The notes: generated from the letters alone by a model not told the origin. DNA of 64,000 bases from Tubiluchus corallicola (GCA_030141605.1 JAQGDQ010000141.1:124001-188000), one strand, 5' to 3'. Positions 1 to 12,563 are shown, counted from the stretch's first letter. Program-made: numbers and translations.

Positions 1-105
1 CTTTAGCTTTTTAAACTGCATCCATGCATAAAATTTCTTTGAAGTGGTAGGAAAAAAATAGTTTTATTGGTGCTACTGATTTACTTTATCAATTTCATGT
101 CTCAG

Positions 106-196
106 GATTCTTCTCAAGGTAACTCAGTATTCCAGATTGACATGATTCGACACGCAAAGCAGAAATACCCTAATCTTCAAGTTGTGGGTGGCAATG
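106..196 (+). CDS. IMPDH: IMP dehydrogenase internal exon ([30 protein letters not shown]); upstream exons lie outside the window
   Basis: ctcag acceptor and GTGAGT donor; translation closely matches animal IMPDH DSSQGNS...GGNV; phase 0 to 1. Confidence 0.96.
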
Positions 197-2974
197 GTGA
201 GTCATTAGAAACTTATTTCAACTAAGGGCAACTCTGATGATTTTTGCTTTTTTCGTAGCTGTTCATAATAAGAAAAATTTCCCAACTTCATTAAATCTAT
301 TGCTCATAAAAGGTTTCTGTTATTACCTGCTATCATCAGTTTATGGCTTCTTTTATTATACTTGCTGTCTTTTATTGCTTCACTAAGGCAGCTGTTTAAT
401 GAAAAATTCTTTAGCAATTATTTAACAGGTGCCTTCTGCTGAAATCCTAACATTCATCCTACAATGTTATTTGTTTATTTGTTGAATTTTTTTGTACAAA
501 AAGTACAGTTGTTATATTAAAATAAGCGACATAAAAAAGACGAAAATTCATTATTAAAAGCTAGCACGGGTCTGGCGTGAAGAATTTAACACGCGGTTTC
601 CCGGTTTCAGGAATTCACTTATATGTAAGTGAAGCCAGTTTTCATCTAGTCCCTGTTTTAATTCTGTTCGGTTCAGGTCTTCGTTGCTTCCACTAATATG
701 ATTGTGATTTTATCCGAACTAAATTACACTTACGTTCCTTTGACTTTAATTTACTGATTTCGAGTTTACTCTGCACCAAATATTTTATAATGTAAAATAA
801 AATGTAATTTTTTTATTGTTAGTACAAATATGGTCTATACACATATTTACAAGAAGAGAATTAATTTGTATGTAAATAGTTTAAAACACATTAGTTTTAA
901 AATGGAGGTTTTTAGATAAAAGTAAAACTAACAGCATTGCTGTGAAGTTCCTATGCACATTTGACTCAAACACTTTTTCAATCACAGGACGTAATTGATT
1001 CGTATTGATTATTTTGCACACTTTTCATAAAATTGCGAATGACTACACATTTGACTGATTTTTTACTTCAGTTGCCGAATATTAAATCTTACTTATATCC
1101 TAAGTACTCTGAGTACCCATGATAACAATGATTAACGCTACAGTTAATTAAAATATTTTCTGACGGCAATAGCCTTCTTGCAACACTAATTGTTCTCTGT
1201 TCTCAATATACAAGGAATGGAAAAGCATTAACCGAGACTACTATAACATTTATGTTGCTAAGAGGATACAGGTTCTGAATTTTCCTGCGAACATTCCATG
1301 CGATAAACATTCTGTTACCTGTATATGGTCCGTTCTTTGATTTTCATCAGTTGGGTGTAAGCAAGCAATGTTACAGTACTCACATAAATCACCATGTATA
1401 TACACGCACTTGTCCCGGTATCTGCAAAAAGTAAAATACATATCAAAATTTTCAATACTGCATTACCTGAACTACATTACAGTACACTAATGGCTAGTCT
1501 AGGAAAAAGATGTCCAGACTACTCAAGTTTTTTGCGCGGTGTTATGGGTTGAAATATTTACATTTATATTAAATCAGCAATCATAAGTTGCAATGTTTTC
1601 CCTTTGAAGCAAATTGCTACTGTTCTGATATATATGTAACATTTACATATATTATATTTATGTAATTTTCATAAGGTAATAACCATTACAAGTCAACAAC
1701 TAAATGTGAAAATTAATCTTAAAATAATATAAATCATATAATGTTACAAAAATTTGTTATGCCAAAATGTTGGGCTTGTTTACAGATGCCTGAGCGTAAT
1801 TTAGTAATACGATATTTATTAGCAGAACTATAAGCACCGTAATCAAATACTTTAACACGTAATAACTGACTAGGTCATAATTATAGAAGCGACCTGCTAG
1901 GAAAGCACATTAAAGAAGATTGAGATTGACTTGTATTCATTGTTCTGCTTTTCAAAACGTCGGCAAACTATCAACTTTTTTGATGATGACAAATGACATA
2001 GTCCAAAAATATTGAATGTTAAATAACAAAGTTCAGTACGCATATTGTGACCAACTACCGTAATCGACCATCCAAAAGATAAAAAAAATCCTATATCATT
2101 CCAGCAGTGAGCAAACACAAGCACAGCCGTGAATTAAAGCAAACTGAATGTAATACGGCTTTGGCTTTTCACTTTAATGCTGTTAAAGTAATAAACTAAC
2201 TAAGAATGTTTTACAAAATAACGTACCTATAAAATGTAATAATTTTAGTTCTTGTGCAAAAAATATTACAAACGATGCACTTTCATTTAAGACAAAAACA
2301 GTGTCATTATGCTATACTCAGCACATTTACTACAAAATCAATGCTGACTCAGGGAGTTACTGTACTCACATACTAGCTAAAATAATACAATACGAAAAAC
2401 AACATTTAGAAGTATGTTACATGTCACAAGATTATTTGCAGAACAATATTTAAGTACACTTACAGGAGTTACAGGCTACAGAAATTGGGCAATAAAATCC
2501 ACATTGTCCATATTTGTAATTAATGTAATTGTTATAACCTTACATACCTAAATTTATAATGATTAATAGTAATAAATGCAAATTTATCTCATTAGTACAA
2601 TATGATTAAATTCCCAGGAGACCTAAGAAGTGGGCTTACGCAAGGCACCTAAGATGTAGAGGTACATTACTGTGGTAAAGAATATAGTACCGTAAAGTAA
2701 TGGCTACTGTGATATTTTGTTTTTGTGTTGTTTTTTTATAATTGTTTTGTGTGTTTTTTTTACATTGATCTCTGTACTTGACTAGTGATTGTATTCTTTC
2801 AAGTGTCTTATTTTCTAGGATTATTATTAGATGTGTTAACAATGAAAAAATTCGAAAAATCTATTTTTAGTAATTTTCATGTTTTTCCTCTTTCACTCAA
2901 AGATATTCAACACTCTTCAGTGGTGGATTGTAACCCCGTGTCTTTTTTATTGCATGATTTTTTTTATTAATTGA

Positions 2975-3163
<189 letters not shown>

Positions 3164-3169
3164 TAATTT

Positions 3170-4097
3170 AATGCCCTTGATGTCCTTTGTCACGTTGTTG
3201 AACTCTAATGTCTTTTGTCACATAGTTCATTTCTAATGTCCTTTGTCACTTTATTGATCTCTAATGTCCTTCGTCACATTGTTAATCTCTAATGACCAAG
3301 ATGTTGTAGAACAAATATGGCGAAATGTTTCATTAGCTATATGGGACCAGTCCTATGGAATAGCTGCAATTCAAAATGTAGTCACTCCCTTTCAACTTTT
3401 AAAAAAACCGTCAGAAAAGAAATATTTCAAAAGTAGTGAGAGTAACACAGTTTGATAATGGTAATCACCTGCATTCTTTTTCCACAGTAATCTTAATAAA
3501 ACGTGACTATGCTCAACAGGTTACTGAACACTTTATAATCATGATCACAGTTTTTCTTAGTTCTCGCTCCATTTCATCTTTCATTCACTACTCCCCCCAC
3601 ATTTATGTATATATTATCATTATTTCAATTATTAATCACTTCTTTAAGATTTCCACGTACAGTTTGGCCTGTCAAGCTATGCTTTTAGGCTCAAACTGCA
3701 TGCATCAAAATTATTCTGTAATGTAATTTGCACGTGTATATGCTGCATAAGAATCTCTTTTGTAATTTCTGGATAACATTGCATTTATATTTATATTTAC
3801 TGCAGTGGAAAATTATCTGTATTTTTATTATAACTGTAAGATGCAGTGTGGAAATAAATAAACTTAAACTTAATGTCCTTTGTCACATTGTTGATCTCTA
3901 ATGTCCTTTGTCACATTGTTGATCTCTAATGTCCTTTGTCACATTGTTGATCTCTAATGTCCTTTGTCACGTTGTTGATCTCTAATGTCCTTTGTCACGT
4001 TGTTGATCTCTAATGTCCTTTGTCACATTGTTGATCTCTAATGTCCTTTGTCACGTTGTTGATCTCTAATGTCCTTTGTCACGTTGTTGATCTCTAA
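3170..4097. repeat. 28-bp minisatellite (ctaatgtcctttgtcacattgttgatct) split by a LINE insertion
   Basis: About 4 diverged copies at 3170-3294 and about 8 near-identical copies at 3871-4097. Confidence 0.92.
3295..3870 (+). mobile_element. 5'-truncated LINE 3' end (L2/Crack/CR1 group)
   Basis: Reads RTNMAKCFISYMGPVLWNS...FKKTVRKEIFQK* (ORF2 C-terminal GPxLWN...FKK pattern); 3'UTR stem-loop agtttggcct...aggctcaaact; AATAAA plus (aaactt)n tail; flanking TAATG duplication. Confidence 0.75.
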
Positions 4098-4680
4098 TAA
4101 AAGTTTCAACTGCCTGGCTTTGCCATGATTATTTATCCTGGTTATATTGCAAACTTATTTATAGGACATGTCACACTTGTCCTTTTGATTAGCAAAATTG
4201 TCATATAAAACATGTGTGTCATGGTCAGTTTTGTCTTCAAGGCATTGTAAGTCTCCTAGAATTCTTTCCTCTTTTTGTACATTTAGATTTGATATACTGA
4301 TGATGGTCCACTCAGCAAACGCTTGCTTCATAGCTTCTTTTAAGTAGCAGTTGGCATTTGGACAGTATAATTTATCTAAAAATGAATACTATGGTAAACT
4401 GTAAATATTCGTTTTAACCTTCGTTATTCTTTAAATTATAAAAAATATAAAAATAATATTTTACTTTAACTTGGCTAAGCATAGTCAAGGAATTTGTTTG
4501 CAATTTGCACAGCAGTTACCTTGGAGTTGACTGCATACACTAATGTTTATTTATTTTACAATATTTCATAATATTTATTTGAGTGTTAGAATAATAAAAA
4601 GAATCATTTATATATTTATTTACCCGGCTTTACAAAAATCGCGTATGCTAGAACGCCAAGCTAATTTTATTTATTGGTAG

Positions 4681-4824
4681 TGATGGCGGTGGGACGACCG
4701 CAGGGTACGGCAGTTTACAAAGTTGCTGAGTACGCTCGCAGGTTTGGTATTCCAGTCATTGCAGACGGTGGAGTGCAAGCTGTAGGTCACATTACAAAGG
4801 CACTGGCTCTTGGTGCATCGACAG
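4681..4824 (+). CDS. IMPDH: IMPDH exon ([31 protein letters not shown]...LALGAST)
   Basis: AG acceptor, GTGAGA donor, PVIADGG motif; 144 nt. Confidence 0.97.
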
Positions 4825-5529
4825 GTGAGATATTCACACACAAGATTTGGTTTCTTCGTGGGTTTATGATTAGCAAGTTTTATCTTAACTACTGTGTAGT
4901 AACATTGTTGGAACAACGAAACAAATAAGTGGTCACATTCAGCAATGTCAATGCTGTTCAGTGTTGCCATTTTGTACGATGCTGATTATTCTATTGGAGG
5001 CTAAAAATTAACGTATTTTCCGCCAAACTATATTTTTGCCAAATTGCTTAATAGCCGTTGTATATTGCAGCAAATTACTGTGTAATTATGTCCTACCAGG
5101 CAATTACAGAACTAAATTGTGGCATTTTACAAGTGTAAAATCAAATTTATGAAATGACACTAATTTCTGCATGTGCAAAAATCAAGCCTTGCCTTCATCA
5201 TTGTGAGTGCGCTCTCTTGAAATTGTTACATTTTTCAGGCAACTGCGCGACCAGCACACTTTGGGCTACAATGAACTCAAAGTTTATCAACCTCCCACTG
5301 GTTGGCAATAAAGTTCTGAATTTTTTCAGTGCACAGAGATTTTTCACATTTTTGATTTTTGTTTCTTATTACTAATGTATCATGTGATTATCGATTATCG
5401 TACGGTCTCTTTTTTGGACTGTATGAAGCCTTAAATTATTGTAATGTTCCGATAATTATCGTGTAACCGGGAACGCTGAAGATGTTACATGCATACAATT
5501 AACTACATTTTGATAACGTTTAACTTTGT

Positions 5530-5783
5530 TATTTGTTGAACGAGTCAAATAAAATATTAGTAAATTATTATTATTTGTTGAACGAGTCAAATAAAATATT
5601 AGCAAATTATTATTATTTGTTGAACGAGTCAAATGAAATATTAGCAAATTATTATTATTTGTTGAACGAGTCAAATAAAATATTAGCAAATTATTATTAT
5701 TTGTTGAACGAGTCAAATGAAATATTAGCAAATTATTATTATTTGTTGAACGAGTCAAATAAAATATTAGCAAATTATTATTA
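5530..5783. repeat. 42-bp minisatellite, about 6 copies
   Basis: Tandem tttgttgaacgagtcaaataaaatattagcaaattattatta. Confidence 0.93.
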
Positions 5784-5818
5784 CCAAACTTGAAAGGCAG
5801 TGAATCTGAATAATTTGG

Positions 5819-5888
5819 GGTACAGCCTGGGCTTCAACCGGGCGCTTCTGCTTACATTGCAGATCGTTAACCACTAGGCCACTGCATC
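5819..5888 (-). mobile_element. tRNA-derived SINE head or pseudo-tRNA
   Basis: On the - strand: A box TGGCCTAGTGG, degenerate B box GGTTGAAGCC, anticodon-like stem tctgc/gcaga, imperfect acceptor stem; lacks TTC and U33. Confidence 0.6.
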
Positions 5889-6134
5889 TCCTAGTGGTCA
5901 AGGCAGTCTTAAGTTCATTGCTTATAGTTGGCTAATCAAATTCAGCATTTTCAGTGTTAGATCATTCACACTAGAGTGTTTTTTTAATAGTAACTGTTTT
6001 TATTTGATTATTTTTAAGTCGTAATTAGTCAATTATTATATTCTAAATGTAATAATCATTATTAATTCAACAATGTCAATTTTTCTAAAACCAGTTGACA
6101 TTAGTTTTTATGAAAATTGTCATAACTTTTTTAA

Positions 6135-6293
<159 letters not shown>

Positions 6294-6998
6294 TAAGAGC
6301 TAAGCGATCATGAATTGGAAAAATAGTAAACAAAATAATAAAAGTATTAAATGCCGATATTTTTCAATTTAATTTATTATCAATGATTATACTTTTGAGA
6401 TCAATCATTGAACCACCGAAGAAGCTGCAATATCCTGTTTGTGAGTACACATCTTCACTCAAAGAGATAATTAGACAGAAAATAATATGGCAAATGAAAC
6501 CCCTTTATAAGCAGCTTGCCTTATGGTCACTCATCCATTTAATAACTAGTTGCAGCACTCCTTTACTTTGTTACTTTGCATTCTGTGACCTGTTTAAAAA
6601 TATATGGTACTTTATTCCAAAATTTTACTATATACTGTATTGCGTTAACTTAGCGTTTACTAAAACTCAAAATACTTAGCCAAATTGTCAACAGTAGTAC
6701 AAAAGACAAAAATAAGATGTGATTTCCTGATTTTTGAAACCAACTTTCTCAGAAAATTAATTGTACACACGAGAAAAGCATTTTACACTTGTGTACATTT
6801 ATTTAGTGCTCTAAGTATCTAGTGAATTTTTAGGTTTGTGATATTTATGATTTAACCATTTAAAATACACGTTCTTAAAACTTAGCTACTAATGTCAGCA
6901 ATTAGACATAGATTCAACTAACTGCCCTGTGTACACTTTTGTTTCGTTTAGTTAAAATTAAATGATGGTAAAAAAAAGAATCTGCTTGGAGAAAATAT

Positions 6999-7568
6999 CT
7001 GATTTTCTCATAGTAACACAATGTTATTAAGCATTATTCTCTCTGATTTTCTCATGGTAGCACAATGTTATTAAGCATTATTCTCTCTGATTTTCTCATG
7101 ATAACACAATGTTATTAAGCATTATTCTTTCTGATTTTCTCATGGTAACACAATGTTATTAAGCATTATTCTCTCTGATTTTCTCATGGTAGCACAATGT
7201 TATTAAGCATTATTCTCTTTGATTTTCTCATGGTAACACAATGTTATTAAGCATTATTCTCTCTGGTTTTCTCATGGTAACACAATGTTATTAAGCATTA
7301 TTCTCTCTGATTTTCTCATGGTAACACAATGTTATTAAGCATTAGTCTCTCTGATTTTCTCATGGTAACACAATGTTATTAAGCATTAGTCTCTCTGATT
7401 TTCTCATGGTAACACAATGTTATTAAGCATTATTCTCTCTGATTTTCTCATGGTAACACAATGTTATTAAGCATTATTCTATCTGATTTTCTCATGGTAA
7501 CACACTGTTATTAAGCATTATTCTATCTGATTTTCTCATGGTAACACACTGTTATTAAGCATTATTCT
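6999..7568. repeat. 44-bp minisatellite, about 13 copies
   Basis: Tandem ctgattttctcatggtaacacaatgttattaagcattattctct. Confidence 0.94.
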
Positions 7569-7632
7569 AAGTTCTTTAGGTAGAATGTTCACATTTTTCT
7601 TTAGTAAGTATAATAACTGATTTCATTTTCAG

Positions 7633-7776
7633 TGATTTGGACAAATTAAAAGTTGCACAAGGTGTAACGGGTTCAATCGTAGATAAAGGCTCAGTCCACA
7701 AATTCATACCGTATCTCATTTCTGGTATTCAGCATGGTTGCCAAGACATAGGATCAAAAAGTTTGTCTATGCTCCG
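7633..7776 (+). CDS. IMPDH: IMPDH exon ([47 protein letters not shown])
   Basis: ttttcag acceptor, GTATGT donor, KVAQGV and DKGS motifs; 144 nt, phase 2 to 2. Confidence 0.97.
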
Positions 7777-9019
7777 GTATGTGATATAACTAAAATTATC
7801 AGCGCTAGATGGCAGCATGTGCACAATCACTAGTGTACTACATCATTTTTCATAATTACCAAAAAAACTACATCACACTTTGTGAACTGAGACAAATCGT
7901 AGCTCTAGCATGATATTTGGTGAATGAGAATGTTCATGTGTCACCTGTGCTGCTGCCAGCATTGTTGGCGCATGCATGGTTAAAAAAACTAAATTGTTCT
8001 CCATAATTTCCGTAGTAAGCTGCTGCCATCGAGTTGTCTGTGCATTGCACATTGGGTTGTTATTATTTTATTTATAGTACTTTGTAAATATGTATCTATA
8101 AATACATAGGTCATTTTGTAAATTTGTAGTTGTACAAGTTCTTGATAATACAATAGTAAAACTTGATAGTAAATGTAATAGCAGTGGATAGGGCTAATTC
8201 AATTCAATTATAATTTATTTATCTCTTTATAATACTACAATAAAACAATATAATATGATACTACAATATTATTAATAAAAGAATCACTAATAAGTTTTGA
8301 ATTACCGAATATAGATAAAATTATTGTTTGACACTGGTGGGCATTAATGTTGTCAGTTTAGTCTAGGAAACATTATTAATTTTTAAAATTATAATATTTG
8401 CTATATAATTAAGTAATCCAGAATAGAGAAAATGCATGTACTGTAAATTAGTGGGCAACAGAATAGTGTTAATCTTGCATAAACTAAAAATTCTTGATTT
8501 TGAGTGAAAGGCAGGTCAAATTTGTTATGTAATAATAAAAACACTTTGGGTTAATAATACAGTTAATCAACAACAAGAGTTAAATATATTTTGATTTGGG
8601 TTCAAACAAGTATATACTTTTACATAAGTCAGTTAAAACGTTGATTCTGATCCCCACAAAAGCCACAATGCACCAATTATGGATAAATATTATGTTGCAG
8701 ATGCTTTTGCGATTAATGTGAATCATTAAAATTACACATTCGTGTAATTCACACACACATTTAAAATTTGTTTACTTGAAAATACAACATTCAAGTTACG
8801 CATGATTGTAATAGCAGTCATTTTGAATTTGACTTAGCAAAAACAGGCATCTGTGAGCAAAAAGGGACATGATGAAACGGTGTAAATGCTTGAACACCTG
8901 TTTACATGGTGAGATTGTAAGACATTGTAGTTAAAAGTAAGCAAAGTAATCGCATGAATGTACTCCATAGTTCAGATTTTTGTAAAGTTTCTTATTCAAA
9001 GTCTTGATTTCAATTTCAG

Positions 9020-9103
9020 ATCCATGATGTATTCTGGTGAGCTAAAGTTTGAACGACGAACACCCTCAGCTCAAGTTGAAGGCAGCGTACACGGACTGCA
9101 TTC
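9020..9103 (+). CDS. IMPDH: IMPDH penultimate exon ([27 protein letters not shown])
   Basis: tttcag acceptor, GTACGT donor; matches animal [21 protein letters not shown]; 84 nt, phase 2 to 2. Confidence 0.96.
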
Positions 9104-9723
9104 GTACGTATCATTCCGTTATTCTGTATGGAAATTTTAGAGTGAGATACATAGGTGCAGTTGCCATAGCAACGAATTAGCCAGTTCCAGTGTGTAGCAA
9201 AAACTCGCAAAATGGGCTCATTTAAAAATGTGTGATTTTTGCAGTTGAAACAGATCAATTCACCTCAACGAGAAAATAACTCTCAAGGTTTTGCTTGCAT
9301 GGTGAATTTTAGAAGAAATCTTGCAACAATGACAGTTTGGCAATGGTTACAGCAAAGCAGTAACTGTAATCAACTTCTTAAGCTTGTTTAATATTATATA
9401 CACACTTTGAAACTATTGAAACTACAAACAGAATAACGTGCATATGTTTTAAGCGCTAGTTTGTTCTACCCTATTTTGTACGCCAATATTTTGGCAACTC
9501 TTAAGAACTCTGATACAGTTTTGATGAGATTTGTGGTGCAATTCAATTTTAAAAATGGCATTAGAATAGAGACTGAATGAAGCACTCCTATTTCACACTA
9601 AAATAAGAGTATGAAGTATTGATTAGTTTTAGTAGCGAAAATAATCTTTTTTATTCTTGAAACTCTTAATCTTTGTTCTGCGAGTAACTTTTTTATGCTG
9701 CTTTTTCTGTTCCGCTTGTCCAG

Positions 9724-9745
9724 TATAAACTGCACCATTTCATGA
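9724..9745 (+). CDS. IMPDH: Candidate alternative IMPDH terminal exon giving ...HS-INCTIS* (CAAX box)
   Basis: Long pyrimidine tract ctttttctgttccgcttgtccAG; in phase 2 it reads T ATA AAC TGC ACC ATT TCA TGA; no transcript evidence available. Confidence 0.5.
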
Positions 9746-9834
9746 GCAGAACAAATTTACTGTCAATACAAACGTGTTTTTACGTGACCTTAACTAGACT
9801 GTGTCCGTTTAACTTTTAACTGCTCCCACTGCAG

Positions 9835-9861
9835 TGTGGTGGTGAAAGATGTTCCTGCTCG
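9835..9861 (+). CDS. IMPDH: Candidate 27-nt frame-preserving IMPDH microexon (inserts VVVKDVPAR before YEKRLF)
   Basis: tgctcccactgcAG acceptor, consensus G|GTGAGT donor, length divisible by 3, open in phase 2, TGCATG immediately downstream. Confidence 0.65.
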
Positions 9862-10349
9862 GTGAGTGCATGTTTGCATTTAACCCTTGCCTGTCTACCT
9901 GCACACACCACCTGTTATATGTATATTTGATACCTTATAGGATTTGTACATGTATATGCTCCCTTCGCTTCTTTTTAACTGTGAACATAAAAATCGTTTT
10001 CTTTTGCCTGATGGCTTTGTATCTGGCGAGTAAATAGTAAAGAGTACACTGTATTTTAAAAAAAAATTGTGATTAAGTCTGTAGAAACTGGTTTTCCTTC
10101 AAAGCTACACATAAGTATTAGTGGTGGTAAGGTAGCATCTTCATGATTAAAGCTGGACAGTTTATGTTAGAACCAAACCAAATCGTGACTTTTCGTGTTT
10201 TGCTACTATTAAGTGACCACTTTCTAGGCAATGTTGCCTTACATATTTTTAATAATGTTTTACATGCTGTGAATTTTGAATTTAAAAAATTATTGACACC
10301 AGCAAGCAAACACAATAATATTTTATTGTGTTTAAAGTATTCTTAAAAT

Positions 10350-10552
10350 TGTACAACACAAATTGTATTGCCTGCATTGCTTGGTTATTGTGTTGTGGAA
10401 ATTGTGCACAAACATCTGTACAACACAAATTGTATGGCCTGCATTGCTTGGTTATTGTGTTGTGGAAATTGTGCACAAACATCTGTACAACACAAATTGT
10501 ATGGCCTGCATTGCTTGGTTATTGTGTTGTGGAAATTGTGCACAAACATCTG
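10350..10552. repeat. 67-bp tandem repeat, 3 copies
   Basis: tgtacaacacaaattgtatggcctgcattgcttggttattgtgttgtggaaattgtgcacaaacatc repeated. Confidence 0.9.
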
Positions 10553-10664
10553 CAAGTAGTGTAACAATTTTTTATTGTTATAAATCTTGCATATAAGAGA
10601 TTCATGTAAAACGACGTTTGAAAAACATTCAAATCCTGATGACTCTGAATGTGGTGTAGTTGTA

Positions 10665-10737
10665 TATGTGTGTGCGCGTGTGTGCGCGTGTGTGTGTGTG
10701 TGTGTGTGTGTGTGCACGTGTGTGCGTGTGTGTGTGT
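10665..10737. repeat. (TG)n microsatellite
   Basis: Direct reading. Confidence 0.92.
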
Positions 10738-11936
10738 AGGAAAAGTCTTCCCTTGGGGATATCAAATAGTAGTTTAGCGAAACATTTTGAAATATTTTTT
10801 GGTAACGTCATATAACGATATAAAATAGTTACACTAATAAGTACGGATGACGGATCCGAATATGTTGTAGCGTCAGATGTGCAATGATATTACATTTTGT
10901 GGCATGTATTGCACGTGTATACGATGTATACTGTTATGTCTTGCTGAATTCACTTCTTACCTACACTTGCAAGCTTCAGTCTTTAAACATCATCAAAAGA
11001 GTAAAGATTGTAGTGACCCATCCGTGTTAAATCCTTTATGAAACAATTCTTTGGATTCTCATTTATCATGAAGAGGCAGGATTCCATTGCTTCAGTTTCC
11101 ATGTTTTGTTGTAAAAAATAGTTCTTTGTCCAAGCAAATGTGCACTCTATGGAACATTTTCGTCAAATTGTTTAAATTTTCACTTGGCATTGACATTTGT
11201 TAACTTCTGCATGGCATACATGTTCTAAATTTAAAAGCCAGCCTTTGAAGGCGTTTGTCTTCACTACTCTGCAAATTGCGTTTCATGGAGAATTGAATCG
11301 GTTTTTCGGATGTAGACGTTTGCTTTTACGTTTAGACGTTTTTCTAACCGAACATGATTTAAAAACAGGTTAGATACATTGCTTTTGTCTGTACCGCTCT
11401 GACAGTAAGGAATTAGTGCTTATGCAGCTGACCATCCTTCTGTATAAAGTGTTTTTGTTTTATACATGTTGTCTTAGATGTAGAGGTAGTGAAATTTTTT
11501 CATATACTGCATGACTAAAGTTAGTTCTCAAGCCACTTTTACAACATTCTTTTAGAGATTACAAACTGCCATGATGACTCGCACACAAGTTCAAATTTCA
11601 AAACACAGGTGGATGAACTTACGTCACCTGCTGAGTACTGTTAGTTCAGTAATAACTTTAATATATAACAACACCGGTTTGATATCAACAGAAATTGTGA
11701 TAGCTGCTTATGTATGACGATATATATTCTTTAATATCAATTAAACAATGAAGTATTATTGAGGTGTTTCTTAATGTTTCTTAAAAGTATTACCCGCCTG
11801 AATAGCTAAGTACTTTCTAAGTAAGAATCCCCGTATTCAAATATGCTCAGTGCCATCGAGTATAACATGCGACAGATTTGACAATAAATATATTGCAAAT
11901 ATTATTGCAAGTTGTTATTATATCATAGTTTTTCGG

Positions 11937-12081
11937 TTGAAGATCAGTAAATTTCTACATGAGTTGTTATTAATTCATAGCTGAATTTTTTCATTTGAAG
12001 ATCAGTAAATTTCTACATAAGTTGTTATTAAATCATAGCTGAATTTTTTCATTTGAAGATCAGTAAATTTCTACATAAGTT
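11937..12081. repeat. About 58-bp tandem repeat, 2.5 copies
   Basis: ttgaagatcagtaaatttctacataagttgttattaa...gctgaattttttcat repeated. Confidence 0.8.
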
Positions 12082-12541
12082 TCAGTACTGAGTACTAGTT
12101 GCGGCCACTTCATATGTCCATCAGAAGTTAAAAGGAGTTCTGCTAAAACACGTTCATTTTATGAAAAATAGCAAAAAATCTATTAGTTCACAAATTACTA
12201 GCTTTGTCAACTTATAAATTTAATGAATCGGTCTATTTTTTCTGAGCCACTGATCATAGCACAGTGACAATGGCAGCTTCTTCCCTATTGATACAAATTT
12301 GTTAAATTACTAAAATTTTCTTTTCTACTAACTCAAGCCTTTCAAGCAAGAATTTTTTCAAACATTTTTGAACTTTTTTGACCTTTCCTTACAAAAATAT
12401 GCTAATTAATTAATTAACCGATAGACACAGACACTCCCTCCGTTCACAGAAAAGGCAAAGAATTATTAATTGATGTTCTTTTACATTAACGCAGCTCATT
12501 GTACTATGTAACACTAACCTTATTTGTTTGATTCTTTACAG

Positions 12542-12563
12542 GTATGAAAAACGTTTGTTCTGA
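12542..12563 (+). CDS. IMPDH: IMPDH canonical last coding exon (S-YEKRLF*)
   Basis: ctttacAG acceptor then G TAT GAA AAA CGT TTG TTC TGA; the usual animal IMPDH C-terminus. Confidence 0.95.

Noticed and set aside
1250-2124. Cys-rich minus-strand ORFs in the first IMPDH intron
   Set aside because: Short and discontinuous; possibly transposon debris, but I cannot assign a family or splice structure.
5819-5888. Functional tRNA gene
   Set aside because: T-loop is TTG rather than TTC, there is no U33, and stems are mismatched; better read as a SINE head. Similar decayed heads lie at about 39045-39105, 54200-54265 and 58240-58290.
9941-10037. Third alternative IMPDH end (ICTCICSLRFFLTVNIKIVFFCLMALYLASK*, hydrophobic tail) from a TAG acceptor at 9940
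   Set aside because: In phase, but the acceptor is weak and T-rich introns give hydrophobic reads by chance; revisit only if junction reads appear.
11571-11634. Box C/D snoRNA-like ATGATGA...CTGA in the last IMPDH intron
   Set aside because: No terminal stem, no clear D' box and no rRNA-complementary guide that I can recognise.
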